Below, in pieces: positions 14,922 through 30,270 of a stretch of DNA of 64,000 bases. The stretch lies in assembly GCA_951406725.2 (NCBI GenBank), contig OX597838.1, positions 39,122,001 through 39,186,000 on the forward strand, read 5' to 3'. Within the stretch, counting starts at the first letter, position 1; each line of letters opens with the position of its first letter. The notes under the pieces were generated by a model. The model searched no databases, was not told where the DNA came from, and saw only the letters and a program-made list of their open reading frames with translations. Source of the DNA: Octopus vulgaris (lineage: Eukaryota). The translations under genes were made by a program, and so were the position numbers.

Positions 14922-15609
14922 TGTATGTCTATATTTGCACCCAGTAGGTTCGATGAGTCGCCTATATTGCTAAGTGCATAAATAGACATGAAACCCATGC
15001 CCACTTGCTGACAGGCAGCAACAACCACCACATAAGACATCACTGCTAAAACAAAATTTTAGAGTGTGAGCTTTTTCAGGTAGAAAAAAACAAAATGGCG
15101 AAGGCTACCCGTGTTCGTCTTTTTTGTTTTTGTTTTTTTTTAATTCAAAAGTGTTTTTTCAACCCAATATTTGCATGCGTTTATCTTATATAGCATCAGG
15201 TGTGCTTCGAGATCGACAATTCTAAAAAAGAATTATTTAACGTTCTCTGGAAGGTTTATGAAATTCTTATGACGTTAAGAACACAAACACACACACACAC
15301 ACACACACGCGCACACACACACACACACACACACACGTATATATATATACATTCACATACATGCATATATATATACATATTCATCATTCGACATTTACAT
15401 ATACATACATACATATATGCATACATATATATATATACATATATATATACATACATATACATATATGTATACATATATATATATATATACATATATATAC
15501 ATATATATATATGTATATACAATATATATACATATATACATATGTATATATATTATATATATATTATATATATATATATATATTATAAATTTAATATATG
15601 TATATACAT

Positions 15610-15641
<32 letters not shown>

Positions 15642-15648
15642 AATTTAA

Positions 15649-15679
<31 letters not shown>

Positions 15680-15684
15680 TATGT

Positions 15685-15731
<47 letters not shown>

Positions 15732-15828
15732 TATATACATATATATATATATGTATATACAAATATATACATATATACATATGTATATATATTATATATA
15801 TATATATTATATATATATATATTATAAA

Positions 15829-15880
<52 letters not shown>

Positions 15881-16322
15881 GTATATGTATATATAGATAT
15901 ATATATACATATATATTATAAATTTAATATAGCATGGTATGTTATACATATAAATTTTATTACTCGTTTCACTATTTGTAATATTGTTTCAATCCCATTT
16001 ACTCGTTTATTTGTCTCATTACGTTTTATGTATTATAGAGTTACATTTTAATTCGTTTATTGTTACATTCGTTACATATAATTACATTTCAATTTATCTC
16101 ATTATCTCTCTGCTAGATGTATGGATGCAAATATGTGTTTGCGTGTGTATTGACAACTTAAGATATGTTAATAAAAACGCTCACCATCCACGCTCAATCA
16201 CAGACATAATAGTATACATTATATATATATATATATATACATAGATATATATATATATACATAGATATAGATATAGATATATATATATATAGAGAGAGAG
16301 AGAGATAGAGATAGATAGATAA

Positions 16323-16370
<48 letters not shown>

Positions 16371-16384
16371 GAAGGTAGGTAGGT

Positions 16385-16483
<99 letters not shown>

Positions 16484-16492
16484 TAGACAGAC

Positions 16493-16576
<84 letters not shown>

Positions 16577-16649
16577 TGATTGATTGATTGATTGATTGAT
16601 AGATAGATAGATGCATACATACAGACAGACAGACAGACAGACAGACAAG

Positions 16650-17505
16650 TACTAGATATGTTGGAAATTCTGTCTGTGGGTGTGTTTGTGGAGTTGTTAG
16701 CTAACTCCTCCAACATCGTTTTATCAATTTTCATGAAATTTGACACGTGAGTAGAACTCATGTCTGGAAACCTCATGGCATGCTCAGATTGTTGAAGAAA
16801 TCGATAATAGGGCCCCTGAAAGGGATCCTTATATATATCTAATATATTTTATTTTAAAAACCAAGGGAAATATGGAATCCTTATATATAGCCAAAGAAAA
16901 TTGAGTATACTTATTTCTTAGTATTTGAACTGTTAGTGTTATTTTAGCAATGTATCCAGTACAACCCTTAAACAAGTAAATAGTATTTTCCTAAACAATA
17001 GATCCACTTATTTCGGTCAGTGACTTATTCACAAGTATACCAAAACTATCGCCCTGTGGGTAATATTCTCTGGAAACGCACAAAAGCCCATTTTAGAGTT
17101 ATTTACTTTGAATTGTTATTATCTCATATCTAACTAGCCTGTTATTACGTAACATGCTTCACGATTTTAGTATGCATAACATATTAGTATTTTCTACTAA
17201 GTTCTATATAGTCTGGGACGCATTAGAACCCTTTTCAGGGCTACTTTATTTGAATTCTTACTATCGGGTAACTAATTTCATGTTATTACATAACTGACAT
17301 CACAATTTGGGTATCCATAACTTGTTGGGAATTCCTAAAAAAATGATCCTGTGTAAGACAGTTCGATATTCTCTGTAAATGCACAAAAACCGTTTTAAGG
17401 GCTACATACTTTGTATTGTCGTTAGTGGATTAGCGAAACAATTATGAGAACGGAACCAAGGGATAAGCCCCGCTTTCCCGGGAATTACCGGGTATGTCAG
17501 CTAAT
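16650..17505 (+). mobile_element. Putative non-autonomous Helitron (decayed)
   Basis: 3' hairpin CCCGG-GAATTA-CCGGG followed by ...GCTAAT (decayed CTAG); 5' region resembles the elements at 45378 and 46330. Confidence 0.45.
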
Positions 17506-18534
17506 ACATGCATAGACATAGATATATATTTACATATGCGTTTACATAAATAAATATACATACATGTATATGTGTGTGTGTGTGTGTGTGTATACATATA
17601 CGTGTGTGTGCTTGGTCTACTTGATGTCACCCTTAGTAACGATGTAATTTTCACTGGATCTACATCAGCAAATCCGCAGTGTTGATTCAGTTTATAATTG
17701 ATGACTGGAATAGAAGTTGGACTTAGTACGAATTTTTATTCAGCACGACGATCGCTTCGACCCTTCCTGTCCCATAGAGCTGACCAAAGCCTTGTGAGTG
17801 GATTTGGTAGACAGAAACTTAAAGAATCCCGTTGTATACCTGCATATATATATATGTGTGTGTGTGTGTTTGTGTGTCTGTGTTTGTCCCCCCAACATCA
17901 CTTGACAACCGATGCTGGTGAGTTTATGTCCCCGTAACTTAGCGGTTCGGCAAAAGAGACTGATAGAATATAAGTACTAGGCTTACAAAGAATAAGTCCT
18001 GTGGTCGATTTGCTCGACTAAAGGCGGTGCTCCAGCATGGTCACAGTCAAATGACTGAAACAAGTTAAGAGTATTTGTATACACTCTCACCTGGTCTGAG
18101 ACACTCATTGTCCTTTGGCACCCGGCGTGGTCAAGGGACGTTTCCCAGAACACGATCCAGTAGCTTATAAACAAAACACATACACCGTTTATGTGTCGCC
18201 GATAATGTTCATATTATTAGAGCTGCTTGTAAATTAGAATTTCATATATTATACTATATACACTTATTTCTGCCTGCGTGAATTAATTTGTTCGTAAGAT
18301 TTTATATGAGTATGCACATTTGAGTGGGTTGATATATTTGCCCATAAACGTAGAAAGGTAGAAATATATACAGAAAAATAGAACCACTTATACACATACA
18401 TATACACACAGATAGAGAGAGAGATAGAGAAAGAGGGGGGAAGAGGGATAAAGACAGACAAACAGATAGACAGACATTACGTTATGCTCTTGAATATATA
18501 TATTTTATATATGTATGTATGTATGTATCTACTA

Positions 18535-19460
18535 TATTTAAATAATGAGGGAGATAAATTAATATTAATTTTAATTTCAATTTAAAACCTGTAGTCTAGC
18601 ATACAAAAATCTGAAAATTCAGAGAAAAATTCTAATACATGTGTATATTGACAGGGCAAGACTGCTAGGTAGTCGGCCGCATGCTAGAAATAGATCATCA
18701 ACGATCAAACTACAAAGAATGTTCTCTAGAGGAAAATTTAGCGAACACCAGAACCAAATTTGGCGGGCAGGACAGATGAAAATTTATATAAAAAAACAGA
18801 ATTAATCGCATACCTCGGTTTCAGCCTTTAACAAAAGAATTACTTACATAATTCAAATGTCCGTGGCCTCGTCAATACGATCGTTCAAAATAAATGTAAT
18901 TTGAAAAACTAACCCCAGCTTTCTGTGCCAAAACAGACACGTGTTTAGTTTTACCGATTACATTAGGGATAAATTTCAAATGTCTTAGTTCCGGCGCGCT
19001 AAAAATTCCTGAAGCGAAGAACTGCAGTAAATGATTCACTGCGGTTAATGCTGGCTACTAGGGAACGTATTTATTTCAATATTTAAATGAGGGAGATGAA
19101 TTAATATTAATTTTAATTTCAATTTAAAACCTAATGTAATCGGTAAAACTAGTCACGTGTCTGTTTTGGCACAGAAAGCTGTGGTTAGTTTTTCAGATTA
19201 CATTTATTCTGAACGATCGTACTGACGAGGCCACGGGCATTTGAATTATGTAAGTAATTCTTTTGTTAAAGGCCGAAACCGAGGTATGCAATTAATTCTG
19301 TTTTTTATATAAATTTTCATCTGTCCTGCCCGCCAAATTTGGTACTGGTGTTCGCTAAATTTTCCTCTAGAGAACATTCTTTGTAGTTTGTTCGTTGATG
19401 ATCTATTTCTAGCATGCGGCCGACTACCTAGCAGTCTTGCCCTGTCAATATACATATGTA
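18535..19460. mobile_element. Non-coding PLE-like / retrozyme-like element 1
   Basis: Direct repeats 18535-18590 and 19080-19132; inverted repeats 18636-18967 and 19130-19460; a hammerhead motif in each inverted arm. Confidence 0.75.
19218..19290 (+). ncRNA. Type I hammerhead ribozyme motif
   Basis: GTA CTGACGA GGCC...GGCC GAAA CC GA GG TA TGC: intact core, stem II GGCC/GGCC, short stem III, GUA cleavage triplet. Confidence 0.75.
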
Positions 19461-19571
19461 TGTATCTATGTATCTTTTATCATTTGCTTCTATCTCTCAT
19501 TAGGACTGCAGACATGCTTGGGCATCAATCGTCAAGCGATGGACAAGAGACACACAAACACACACATGCCC

Positions 19572-19609
<38 letters not shown>

Positions 19610-19610
<1 letters not shown>

Positions 19611-19995
19611 CTCTTTTACTCTTTACTCTTTTACTTGTTTCAGTCATTTTACTGCGACCATGCTGGAGCACCACCTTTAGTCGAGCAACTCGACCCCAGG
19701 ACTTATTCTTTGTAAGCCCAGTACATATTTTATCGGTCTCTTTTGTGACGGGGACGTAAACACACCAGCATCGGTTGTCAAGCAATGCTAGAGGGACAAA
19801 CACAGACACACAAACATATACACACACATACATATATGTATATATATACAGTTTCCGTCTACCAAATCCACTCACAAGGGTTTGGTCGGCCCGAGGCTAT
19901 AGCAGAAGACACTTGCCCAAGATGCCACGCAGTGGGACTGAACCCGGAACCATGTGGTTGGTTAGCAAGCTACTTACCACACAGCCACTCCTGCG

Positions 19996-19998
<3 letters not shown>
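19610..19998 (-). mobile_element. SINE family A
   Basis: Family A head and tail with a small internal deletion. Confidence 0.8.
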
Positions 19999-20052
<54 letters not shown>

Positions 20053-21979
20053 GACGAGCTTCTTTCAAATCCCATCTGCCAAATGTACTTACGAGGGTTT
20101 TGTTCGAACCGTCGCTATAGTAGAAAACGTTTGTTCAGTGTGCCATACAGTGGGACTGAAACCGGAACCATGTGACTAAGACGCAAACTTCTCACCACGA
20201 CGCCACGCCTATGCATATGCGTGTGTATGTGCGCGCGCGTGTCTGTATGTGTGTGAGTGTATGCATGTATGTATGTATGTATGTATGTATGTATGTATGC
20301 ATGCGTGAACGTACGTATATATACGTTTCAATTTTCGCTTTTATGTATTTGTTTACAGACGATGTATATACGATATATGTATATGTGTATGTGCTTGTGT
20401 GTGTGTGTGCGTGTCTGTGTGCGTGTGTGCGTACGAGTGTCTATGTGTGTCTGTGTTTATATACATTTTATTCATTTACCGCCCATGTATATTTCCTCAT
20501 TTTTACAAATATGTTTTACTCTTCAGAAATTAGCTCCGTAAACAGTGACCTCCTTGCGGGCTTTTAAGCTAGGCCCTGTGGAGGGCTAATTGATCCTGCG
20601 GCCCAAAACTAAAAAGATCTAAATAGCTTGACTATATGCCCTGGTGGTGTTTGATCAGAAATCAAGGACGGATGAAAATTAATTCTGTAATGCAATCATT
20701 CTATTGTTCCAGTCCCAAGTTGAATTCCAACAATTGGCCAATTTGTACCAAAGTCCTTATCTCGACGTAAAATTAACGAAGCGAATGTCATTTATCTCCC
20801 CTGGATCTTTGATATCATCTGACAAACGCCAGCCAAGATGGCGTGAATCGACCTTACCTGCTAGAATTAGCAACCCAAATGCTTTCAAATCAGATCCCAA
20901 TGCTGGATGTTCAAGAACCAAATAAAGGGCAGATTTTCAAATTCGGGATCATCCTGGTTCCAAAAATGTATAATATGTCTATGCAGAACAAATGTAGACT
21001 GAGATTCAAGAATTTCGCTTTTATCAATATACACCAACTATTTTGACCCGTGCTTTGCTCGGGTTTTGGTGGTGGTGGTGTTTTGTGCGGGTTGTCTCCC
21101 TTTCCCTTTCTTCTTTTGTTCGTCTTCTTTGCCTTTCTCATATTCCTCACTATGGCAACCAAACGGCAGCTCCGAGCGACTTGCAACCCTCCTCACACCA
21201 TTTATCACCCCATTTTACCCACCCCCTGTATAAATTTTGGCGCCAATCCGACCCTTAAACCATTCCCATCCCAAAATGAGACAAATAACCAAGAAATCAA
21301 ACAACTTTTTCGCATTTCAGCTTTATAGATATTGATTGGGTAGAATAGGGATGTTTGCGAGAAACCAATCCTATGACCGCGAGTCCGCTGCCCTAACCAC
21401 TGGGCCATTGCGCCTCCACACGAAACAAGATAACCGTCCCTATGAATCCTAGCATTTCAAAACAATATTTAATTCTTTACTAAGAAGTATAAATATTTAT
21501 ATTGATCAAATTCCATTCCTATATTCGCTAGAAAACAGTATATTTAAAACCAAATATTTGCAGCGGAATTTAAAGCTTTAAATCAACAAGAAAATTAAAA
21601 TATATGTTCTTCTTGCAGACTTCGCATATAATGTTTGGACTTTGGTGCCAAAATAAACAATGAAACAAAGAGATGATGTCCTTAGAATATTCCTTTTGAA
21701 AGATTTATAGCATCAAAGACAATCGTTGTGCTTTGAGCGCTGTCTATGACAATGGCTGGTCAGGTCGTTATTAATGTTTCATCGACAGCCCCAAGAGCAA
21801 TGGTTATTAATCTATTTAACTATTTCGTTTTATGTACATATGTGTGCGTGTATGTGTGTGTCTGTGAGTATTTGTAAGTGTGTATATGTGTGTGTGTGTG
21901 TATGTATATATATATATATGTATATATACTTACATATATATACATATATATACATATATCTATCTATCTATCTCTCTCC

Positions 21980-22010
<31 letters not shown>

Positions 22011-22104
22011 CATGCGTACATACATACACATATATATATACTATATTTGAGCGCATGTCTGTGTGTATATAATTTGTGTGAGTGTGTATGTGTGTGTATG
22101 TATG

Positions 22105-22217
<113 letters not shown>

Positions 22218-23114
22218 ATTGATGTGCAATTTCTTTGCCGGTGATCCACAGGCGAAACAGAATATATTTTGTCGGACTAACGATTATAAATTAAACTAAA
22301 TGCTTATTATTCTCAGACTTATCTTTGAGATTTTTATACTAACTGGCGAGACATATTTTTTCAACTGGCCTGCCTACCCTCGGAATACTGTCAGATAAAT
22401 TCATTCGTTTCTTTCCACTGATTTTTGAATTAACATAAAAATATTCTTATCGTAGTGTTTTATGTTTTTTGTTTTTTGATTGTTTTTTTTTTTGGTAATT
22501 CTATTCTTCTTTTGTAAGTTTTGTCTATTTTTCTCGAAATCTGAATAAATTTTAACTCTTTGCGCGCTTGACTATGGAGTGTCAAGTAGAAAAAAAATGG
22601 CCCTTTTCTACACTTGCTTTTCTTCACTTTCAATCAAGGTTCCAAAGTTGCCAATAACCACTTGAGACATTTGTGTTGTGTACGGAGAATGTGTTGTTAC
22701 TGAAAGAACTGTGCAGAAATGGATTTCATGCTTCAAGGAGAGGAATTTTGACCTCACAGGCACCACCTATAGTCGAACAAATTGACCCAGGGCTTATTCT
22801 TTGTAAGACTAGTACTTATTCTATTGGTTTCTTTTGCCGAACCGCTAAATACGTGGACGTAAACACACCAACATGTCCTTTTTTGTATCGTCTAACAGTC
22901 CGGGTGTTTTGTTGTCGCCTGTTACATTCTTGTTCCATGTTTTCTCCTTTTTTTATATGTGCCCCAGCATGGCCACAGCTCATAAGCTGAAACTAGAATC
23001 AATCAATCATACATATAGCGGTGAACGTATACTTTTGGTCACATATTCATATATATATATATATGTGTGTGTGTGTTTGTGTGTATGTATATATATATAC
23101 AACACACATATATT

Positions 23115-23329
23115 CTTTTATTCCTTTACTTGTTTCAGTCATTTCCCAGCGGCTATGCTGGAGCACCACCTATAGTCGAACAAATTGACCCAAGACTTAT
23201 TCTTTGTAAGCCTAGTATCGGTCTCTTGTGCCGAACCACTAAGTTACGAGGATGTAAACACACCAACATCGGCTGTCAAGCGATGGTGGGGTACAAACAC
23301 AAATACACAGATACATAAATATATATGTA

Positions 23330-23374
<45 letters not shown>

Positions 23375-23535
23375 GACGGGCTTCTTTCAGTTTCCATCTA
23401 CGAAACCCACTCACAAGGCTTTGGTCTGCCCGAGATTATAGTAGGAGACACTTGCCCAAGGTGCCACGTAGTGGAACTGGACCCAGAATCATGTGGTTGG
23501 CAAGCAAGCTTCTTACCACACAGACACTCCAGCAC
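23115..23535 (-). mobile_element. SINE family A (diverged)
   Basis: Family A sequence; a partial duplicate lies at 22760-22870. Confidence 0.75.
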
Positions 23536-23536
23536 C

Positions 23537-23611
<75 letters not shown>

Positions 23612-23871
23612 TTGTATGTATGTATATATATATATATCTCCATGAATTTTATATTTTCAAAATTTCTGGATGCTTGTCTTATAAAGTTCCCTATATTGTT
23701 GATAAAAGCACAAAACAGGGAGTAGTAAAACAGTCGACAACTGACGAGGAATTATCTTCTTGTGGCATTTTGTCCTCTACTTTTCTCTCCTGTGTTTACG
23801 TATTTTTTACTCGTTGGTGATGTATTGTACACAATGTGTATTTTTCATTATATATATATATATTTTTTTTT

Positions 23872-24215
23872 TTTATCTAGTTTCAGCTCACGAGCTGTGG
23901 CCATGCTGGGGCACCGCCATTTGGTGTTGCTACATGATTTTACTTCACGAATGCTTTTTAGCAACTGCCATTTGGTGCATGAGAGAGTTCGATGCAGCTG
24001 CCCTCATCTGCACCTCCTGCCATGAAGTTGGTTCATCCGGGACACCTGACAGGAAGAGATCCAGTCCTACTTTAAAGACATCCGCATCCACCCCATGCAG
24101 GTTTCTCAGGTTCTTCGGGAGGATATTGAAGAGCTGTGGGCCTCTGAAGCCCAGGCTATCACAGTATCTTGTCCTACATCTTGATGGCAAATCTGGAGTC
24201 CTTGGCACGGGAAGG
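23872..24215 (-). mobile_element. CR1/L2-group LINE 3' fragment
   Basis: ORF2 C-terminus 'SLGFRGPQLFNILPKNLRN...FKVGLDLFLSGVPDEP', a short 3' UTR and an A-rich end. Confidence 0.75.
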
Positions 24216-24217
24216 TT

Positions 24218-24402
24218 TACGAAAATAAACAAAAGACGACGGCAGGTGGAGTACAAACAAACAATTGTATTAGTATGGCTCTCAGGAATAGAAATAAAAC
24301 AAGTCTTTTACGTTTCGAGCCTACGCTCTTCAACAGAAAGATACACAGAAAAGAAACAAGGAGAGAAAAAATGCGTGTAGTAGCTAACGGTCCAACATGA
24401 CG
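24218..24402 (-). mobile_element. Short PLE-derived insert with minimal hammerhead-like motif
   Basis: Minus strand CTTT CTGTTGA A GAGC GTAG GCTC GAAA CG TA AAAG at about 24305-24340. Confidence 0.6.
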
Positions 24403-24571
24403 TATATATATATACGTACACACACACACATATATATGTACATGTACACATACACACACCTACATGCTGACAGGCATACACCCATACACAGGTATATACA
24501 TATACCCACACATACGTACACACATACATACATAGATGCCTATATATGAAAATGCACTTGCGTACAGCCAC

Positions 24572-24699
<128 letters not shown>

Positions 24700-24866
24700 T
24701 AATACTTAGTATTACTTAAGTTTACCATGAAATGGTCCTTTTTTCATGCCGAATTCTACTTGGTGAAATTATTGATTACTTCTTAATTAATTAATTTTAC
24801 CCTTTGTTATTATTGATATATATATATATATATATATATAAGAGAGAGAGAGGGTACGTACACTGC

Positions 24867-24894
<28 letters not shown>

Positions 24895-24899
<5 letters not shown>

Positions 24900-25149
24900 A
24901 AAAAATACAAACTGGGGCAAGAACACAAAACATTTTGATGACGACACAAAAAACACGGACGGGACATTCGAAGCCTTCAATCTTCAGTCAAGTACCGGAT
25001 CATCCTCGCAATTTTAGTCAAGATTAATCAGCCGAAATTGCGAGGATGATCCTGTTCTTGGCTGAAGATTGAAGGCTTCGAAGGTCCCCTCCGTGTTTTT
25101 TGTGTCGTCATCAAAATGTTTTGCGTTCTTGACCCAGTTTGTATTTTTT

Positions 25150-25154
<5 letters not shown>
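24895..25154. repeat. ~260-bp palindromic insert in (TA)n
   Basis: Left arm ...AATACAAACTGGGGCAAGAAC... is the reverse complement of right arm ...GTTCTTGACCCAGTTTGTATT...; centre near 25025. Confidence 0.9.
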
Positions 25155-25202
<48 letters not shown>

Positions 25203-25768
25203 TGCATACTCATACGGTCACGCACATATACCAACTTCTATAAGTATCGCATATATACACCTATATACAGAGACATTTATATAGATAAATAATGTCCCCG
25301 GGGTTCAGACTAATGTAGGGTGAGAATAAAGGGATATAGAAAAAACAGATAGTTAAGCTAAGGGTCACAAAGAAGCAGAAATAAAAATTAAAGATAGACT
25401 ATTTCTGCAGCAGGTATGTATGCCTCCATATTTGATGTGTATACAACTTGAGGTGCGCATGCGTCCTAGGTAAGATGGGATAGTGGTTTTATATATAGTG
25501 GACTCTGATCGGTAATAAAAACGACGAATCGGAGAAATATATGGGGAGATTAAGGCAAAAATGCAAATAAAATAAAAGATTATTTTGAACAATGTCAAGG
25601 ATCAGACGAGTAATGGAAATGAAAAACATAAGGGTAAAACCTTGTGTTACATCTGCAGTAAGTGTCTAAACCTCCGTGAGAGGCAGGGTGTATAAAACTT
25701 AGATTAAGTCGCGGTGGGGTATGGAATATAAAAATATATCAATTATATACATACATATGTGTATGTAT

Positions 25769-26624
<856 letters not shown>

Positions 26625-26993
26625 CAATAAGAAAATGGAGGAGAACAATAGGTGGTTCATCAACTTTTAGACATTATTTTATATTAACTTATTTATTTAC
26701 TAAACTGATAATTACAATAATATACATATATATATAATATATTATTCTTTACATATAAGATATAAAATATAGTAATATATAAGGATACCAGCAATTAAAA
26801 AAACATGAATATAAATTGGGAAATTGCAATGCAATAAAAAACACTTGTGTATTAATAATTGGGTATTCTACCAGCAGTATATTGGATAGATATTATCCCT
26901 TAGTTGGTTGGATTCACAGCCTCTAACTTTCTTGGAGTTACATATATATATATATATACATACACATATGTATGTATACACACATATATATTT

Positions 26994-27058
<65 letters not shown>

Positions 27059-27155
27059 CACACATGCATGCATAACTACATACATACAGACATAAAAATA
27101 TAATTCAAATATCTTCAGACAATCTCTATCACTCTCTCTCACTCTCTCTTTCTCT

Positions 27156-27204
<49 letters not shown>

Positions 27205-27891
27205 ATTCGTTCCCTTTCTTTCTCTCCGCTCGTATCACACAGCAAGAATTAAAACAATCTTTAAAAAGCAGAAAAGTTTCAAGCTGTGAATGACTTCAAA
27301 ATTTAATGCGAACAAAAATTTATCGAGACTTTTATACATCCTCATCTATTTTGGAATTAAATAAAAATTAAGAAAATCATTAATATATATTTAAACGAAA
27401 TCACCGTTGCTAAAAGTATGTTGCCTTCGACCTAATTACAACTGTATGTATGTATGTATGTATGTATGTATGTATGTATGTATGTATGTACGTATGTATT
27501 ATGTACATATGTATGTATTATGTATGTATGTATGTATTATGTATATATGTATGTATGTATGTATTATGTATGTATGTATTACGTATGTATGTATGTACAT
27601 GTGTATGTACGTATGTATTACGTATGTATGTATGTACATGTGTATGTACGTATGTATTATGTATATATGTATGTATGTATTATGTATGTATCATGTATGT
27701 ACGTATGTACATATGTATATATGTATTATGTATATATGTATGTATTATGTATGTATGTATGTATTATGTATGTATGTATATATGTATATATGTATGTATG
27801 TATGTATGTACTTATGTATGTATGTATGTATGTATGTATGTATGTATTATGTATGTATGTATGTATGTACATTAATGCATGTATGTATGTA

Positions 27892-27964
<73 letters not shown>

Positions 27965-28090
27965 TTGTGTGTGCGTATTATGTATGTATGCATGTATAAA
28001 TCTATGTACATGCATGTATGAATGTATGTATATATATGTATCTATGAATGTCTGTCTGTCTGTCTGTCTGCATGTATGTATGAATGAATG

Positions 28091-28825
28091 TATTGGGGGT
28101 TTGCCAAAATGTCCGTTGTTTTAGCTTTTTTTTTAAGCGTAAATAACACAAAAGCCTTAAACACAAAACTATTTATTCAATCATCGACATAATCACCGTT
28201 CTGTTCCAGCATCTTCTGTCGTCTTGTCGGCAGATTCATTGTTCCCTGCTCAAAGAATATCTCGTTTTTACTGGCGAAAAAACTCTTCCGGGTGAATTCT
28301 TACAGTTCAGATTCCATTGAGGCCGACTTTGCCTTCCATCCTTTCGGGGTTGATGAAATAAGTACCATTTGAGCACTGGAGTCGATGTAATCAACTAGCC
28401 CCCTCCCTCAAAATATCAGGCTTAGTGCCTATAGAAGAAAGGATTATTTTGATTATTATTATTATTATTATCATTATTATTATTATTCAGAGTTGAAGGT
28501 TAGTCCATTCAATGGAATTTGAAAAAATCAAAGCAGGTGAGAAATCTGAAGAAACAATGTTAGTCGGGTGAATGTGGGGTGGGCGGTAAATCTTCCCAGC
28601 CAAGATTGAGTAATTTCTGGAGCATCTGTAAAGAAGTGAAGGATCAATTCTTCAAGTTTCTGCAACAATTCGCAGACGGAAATCCCTTGGGTGAGGTCCA
28701 CCTCATTCAGTTGATGTGGAGTTAGAACATCGATCCTGTTGATGTAACCAAACTGATGCAGATGGTTTTCAAAACTTGATTTGGATATTTAGAGAACATC
28801 TGCAATCAACCAATGGGGTTTGGTT
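28091..28825 (-). mobile_element. Decayed mariner element interrupted by a SINE B copy
   Basis: Minus translation 'IADVL*ISKSSFENHLHQFGYINRIDVLTPHQLNE..ISVCELL' (HTH to WVPH-like region, 28645-28820) and C-terminus 'FFASKNEIFFEQGTMNLPTRRQKMLEQNGDYVDD*' (28180-28290). TIR-like TATTGGGG at 28091. Confidence 0.75.
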
Positions 28826-28836
28826 GTCCACTAATT

Positions 28837-29050
28837 ACTCTTTTACTCTTTTACTTGTTTCAGTCATTTGACTCTGGCCATGCTGGAGCACCGCCTTTAG
28901 TCGAACAAATCAACCCCAGGACTTATTCTTTGTAAGCCTAATACTTATTCTATCGGTCTCTTTTGCCGAAACCGCTAAGTTACGGGGACGTAAACACACC
29001 AGCATCGGTTGTCAAGCGATGTTGGGGGGACAAACACAGCCACACAAACG

Positions 29051-29100
<50 letters not shown>

Positions 29101-29319
29101 ATCCAAAACAAGAAAGCACAAAAAAACACAACAACGCGAGGACGTGGAACAATATAGTATTATTGGACGCTCAGGAAAGAAAGAAAGAAGGAAAGAAGGA
29201 GGGTTTAACGTTTCGAGCGGAGCTCTACGTCGGAAACATAGGAGAAGGAAAGATCCAGAGAAGGGAAGACAGAGTAAAAAAAATCGCCAACGGTACACAC
29301 GAGGTCACATTTTGAAATG

Positions 29320-29371
<52 letters not shown>

Positions 29372-29538
29372 CATATATACGACGGGCTTCTTTCAGTTTC
29401 CGTCTACCAAATCCACTCACAAGGCTTTGGTCGGCCCAAGGCTATAGTAGAAGACACTTGCCCAAGGTGCCACGCAGTGGAACTGAACCCGGAACCATGT
29501 GGTTGGTAACAAGCTACTTACCACACAGCCACTCCTAT
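28837..29538 (-). mobile_element. SINE family A with a nested insert in its (TA)n
   Basis: The family A halves are separated by 29097-29316. Confidence 0.82.
29097..29316 (-). mobile_element. Short PLE-derived insert with degenerate minimal hammerhead
   Basis: Minus strand GTTT CCGACGT A GAGC TCC GCTC GAAA CG TT AAAC; its 3' part recurs on the + strand at 14754-14838. Confidence 0.6.
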
Positions 29539-30174
29539 TTTTTGTGTACGCAGGCGCAAGCGCATGGGACAGGCTGGAGTTAGCTACTTGCTAGAGTGCT
29601 TGAAGTTTAGGGTCAACCCAATATGTACTTCCTGCGGGCAATGGAAGCAGTATTAGTTCAAAAGAGTATTCTGTATATCTTAGCTAACGTTGATACAATG
29701 GAGAAATTGCTGTATATATTTAAATTTATGTATATCATATATGTGTATATACATATATACATGCATAAATATATATGTATGTGTGTGTTTATGCATGTGT
29801 GCATGTATGTATATGCATAGGTATCAATCCATGCATTATATATGTGTGTGTGCGTGTTAGCTATAAAATATGCATGTCTCGTATTTATATATGTATGTAT
29901 ACATACGCACGCACACACACACACACATCTGTATGAACGCATCCAATGTGTTTGTTCGTATGAGTGCGTGCGTGCGTGCGTGTGTATGTATGTGTACGCG
30001 TGTGTGCACTGTGTACGCGTATGTATGTGCGCATGTGTGTGATTTGTGTGTGCGAGCGAGCGAGCGTGCGTGTGTGTGTGTGCCTGGCGTGTGTGTATGT
30101 ATGTGTATGCGTGTGTACACTGTACGCGTGTGTGCACTGTGTACGCGTATGTATGTGCGCATGTGTGTGATTTG

Positions 30175-30270
<96 letters not shown>

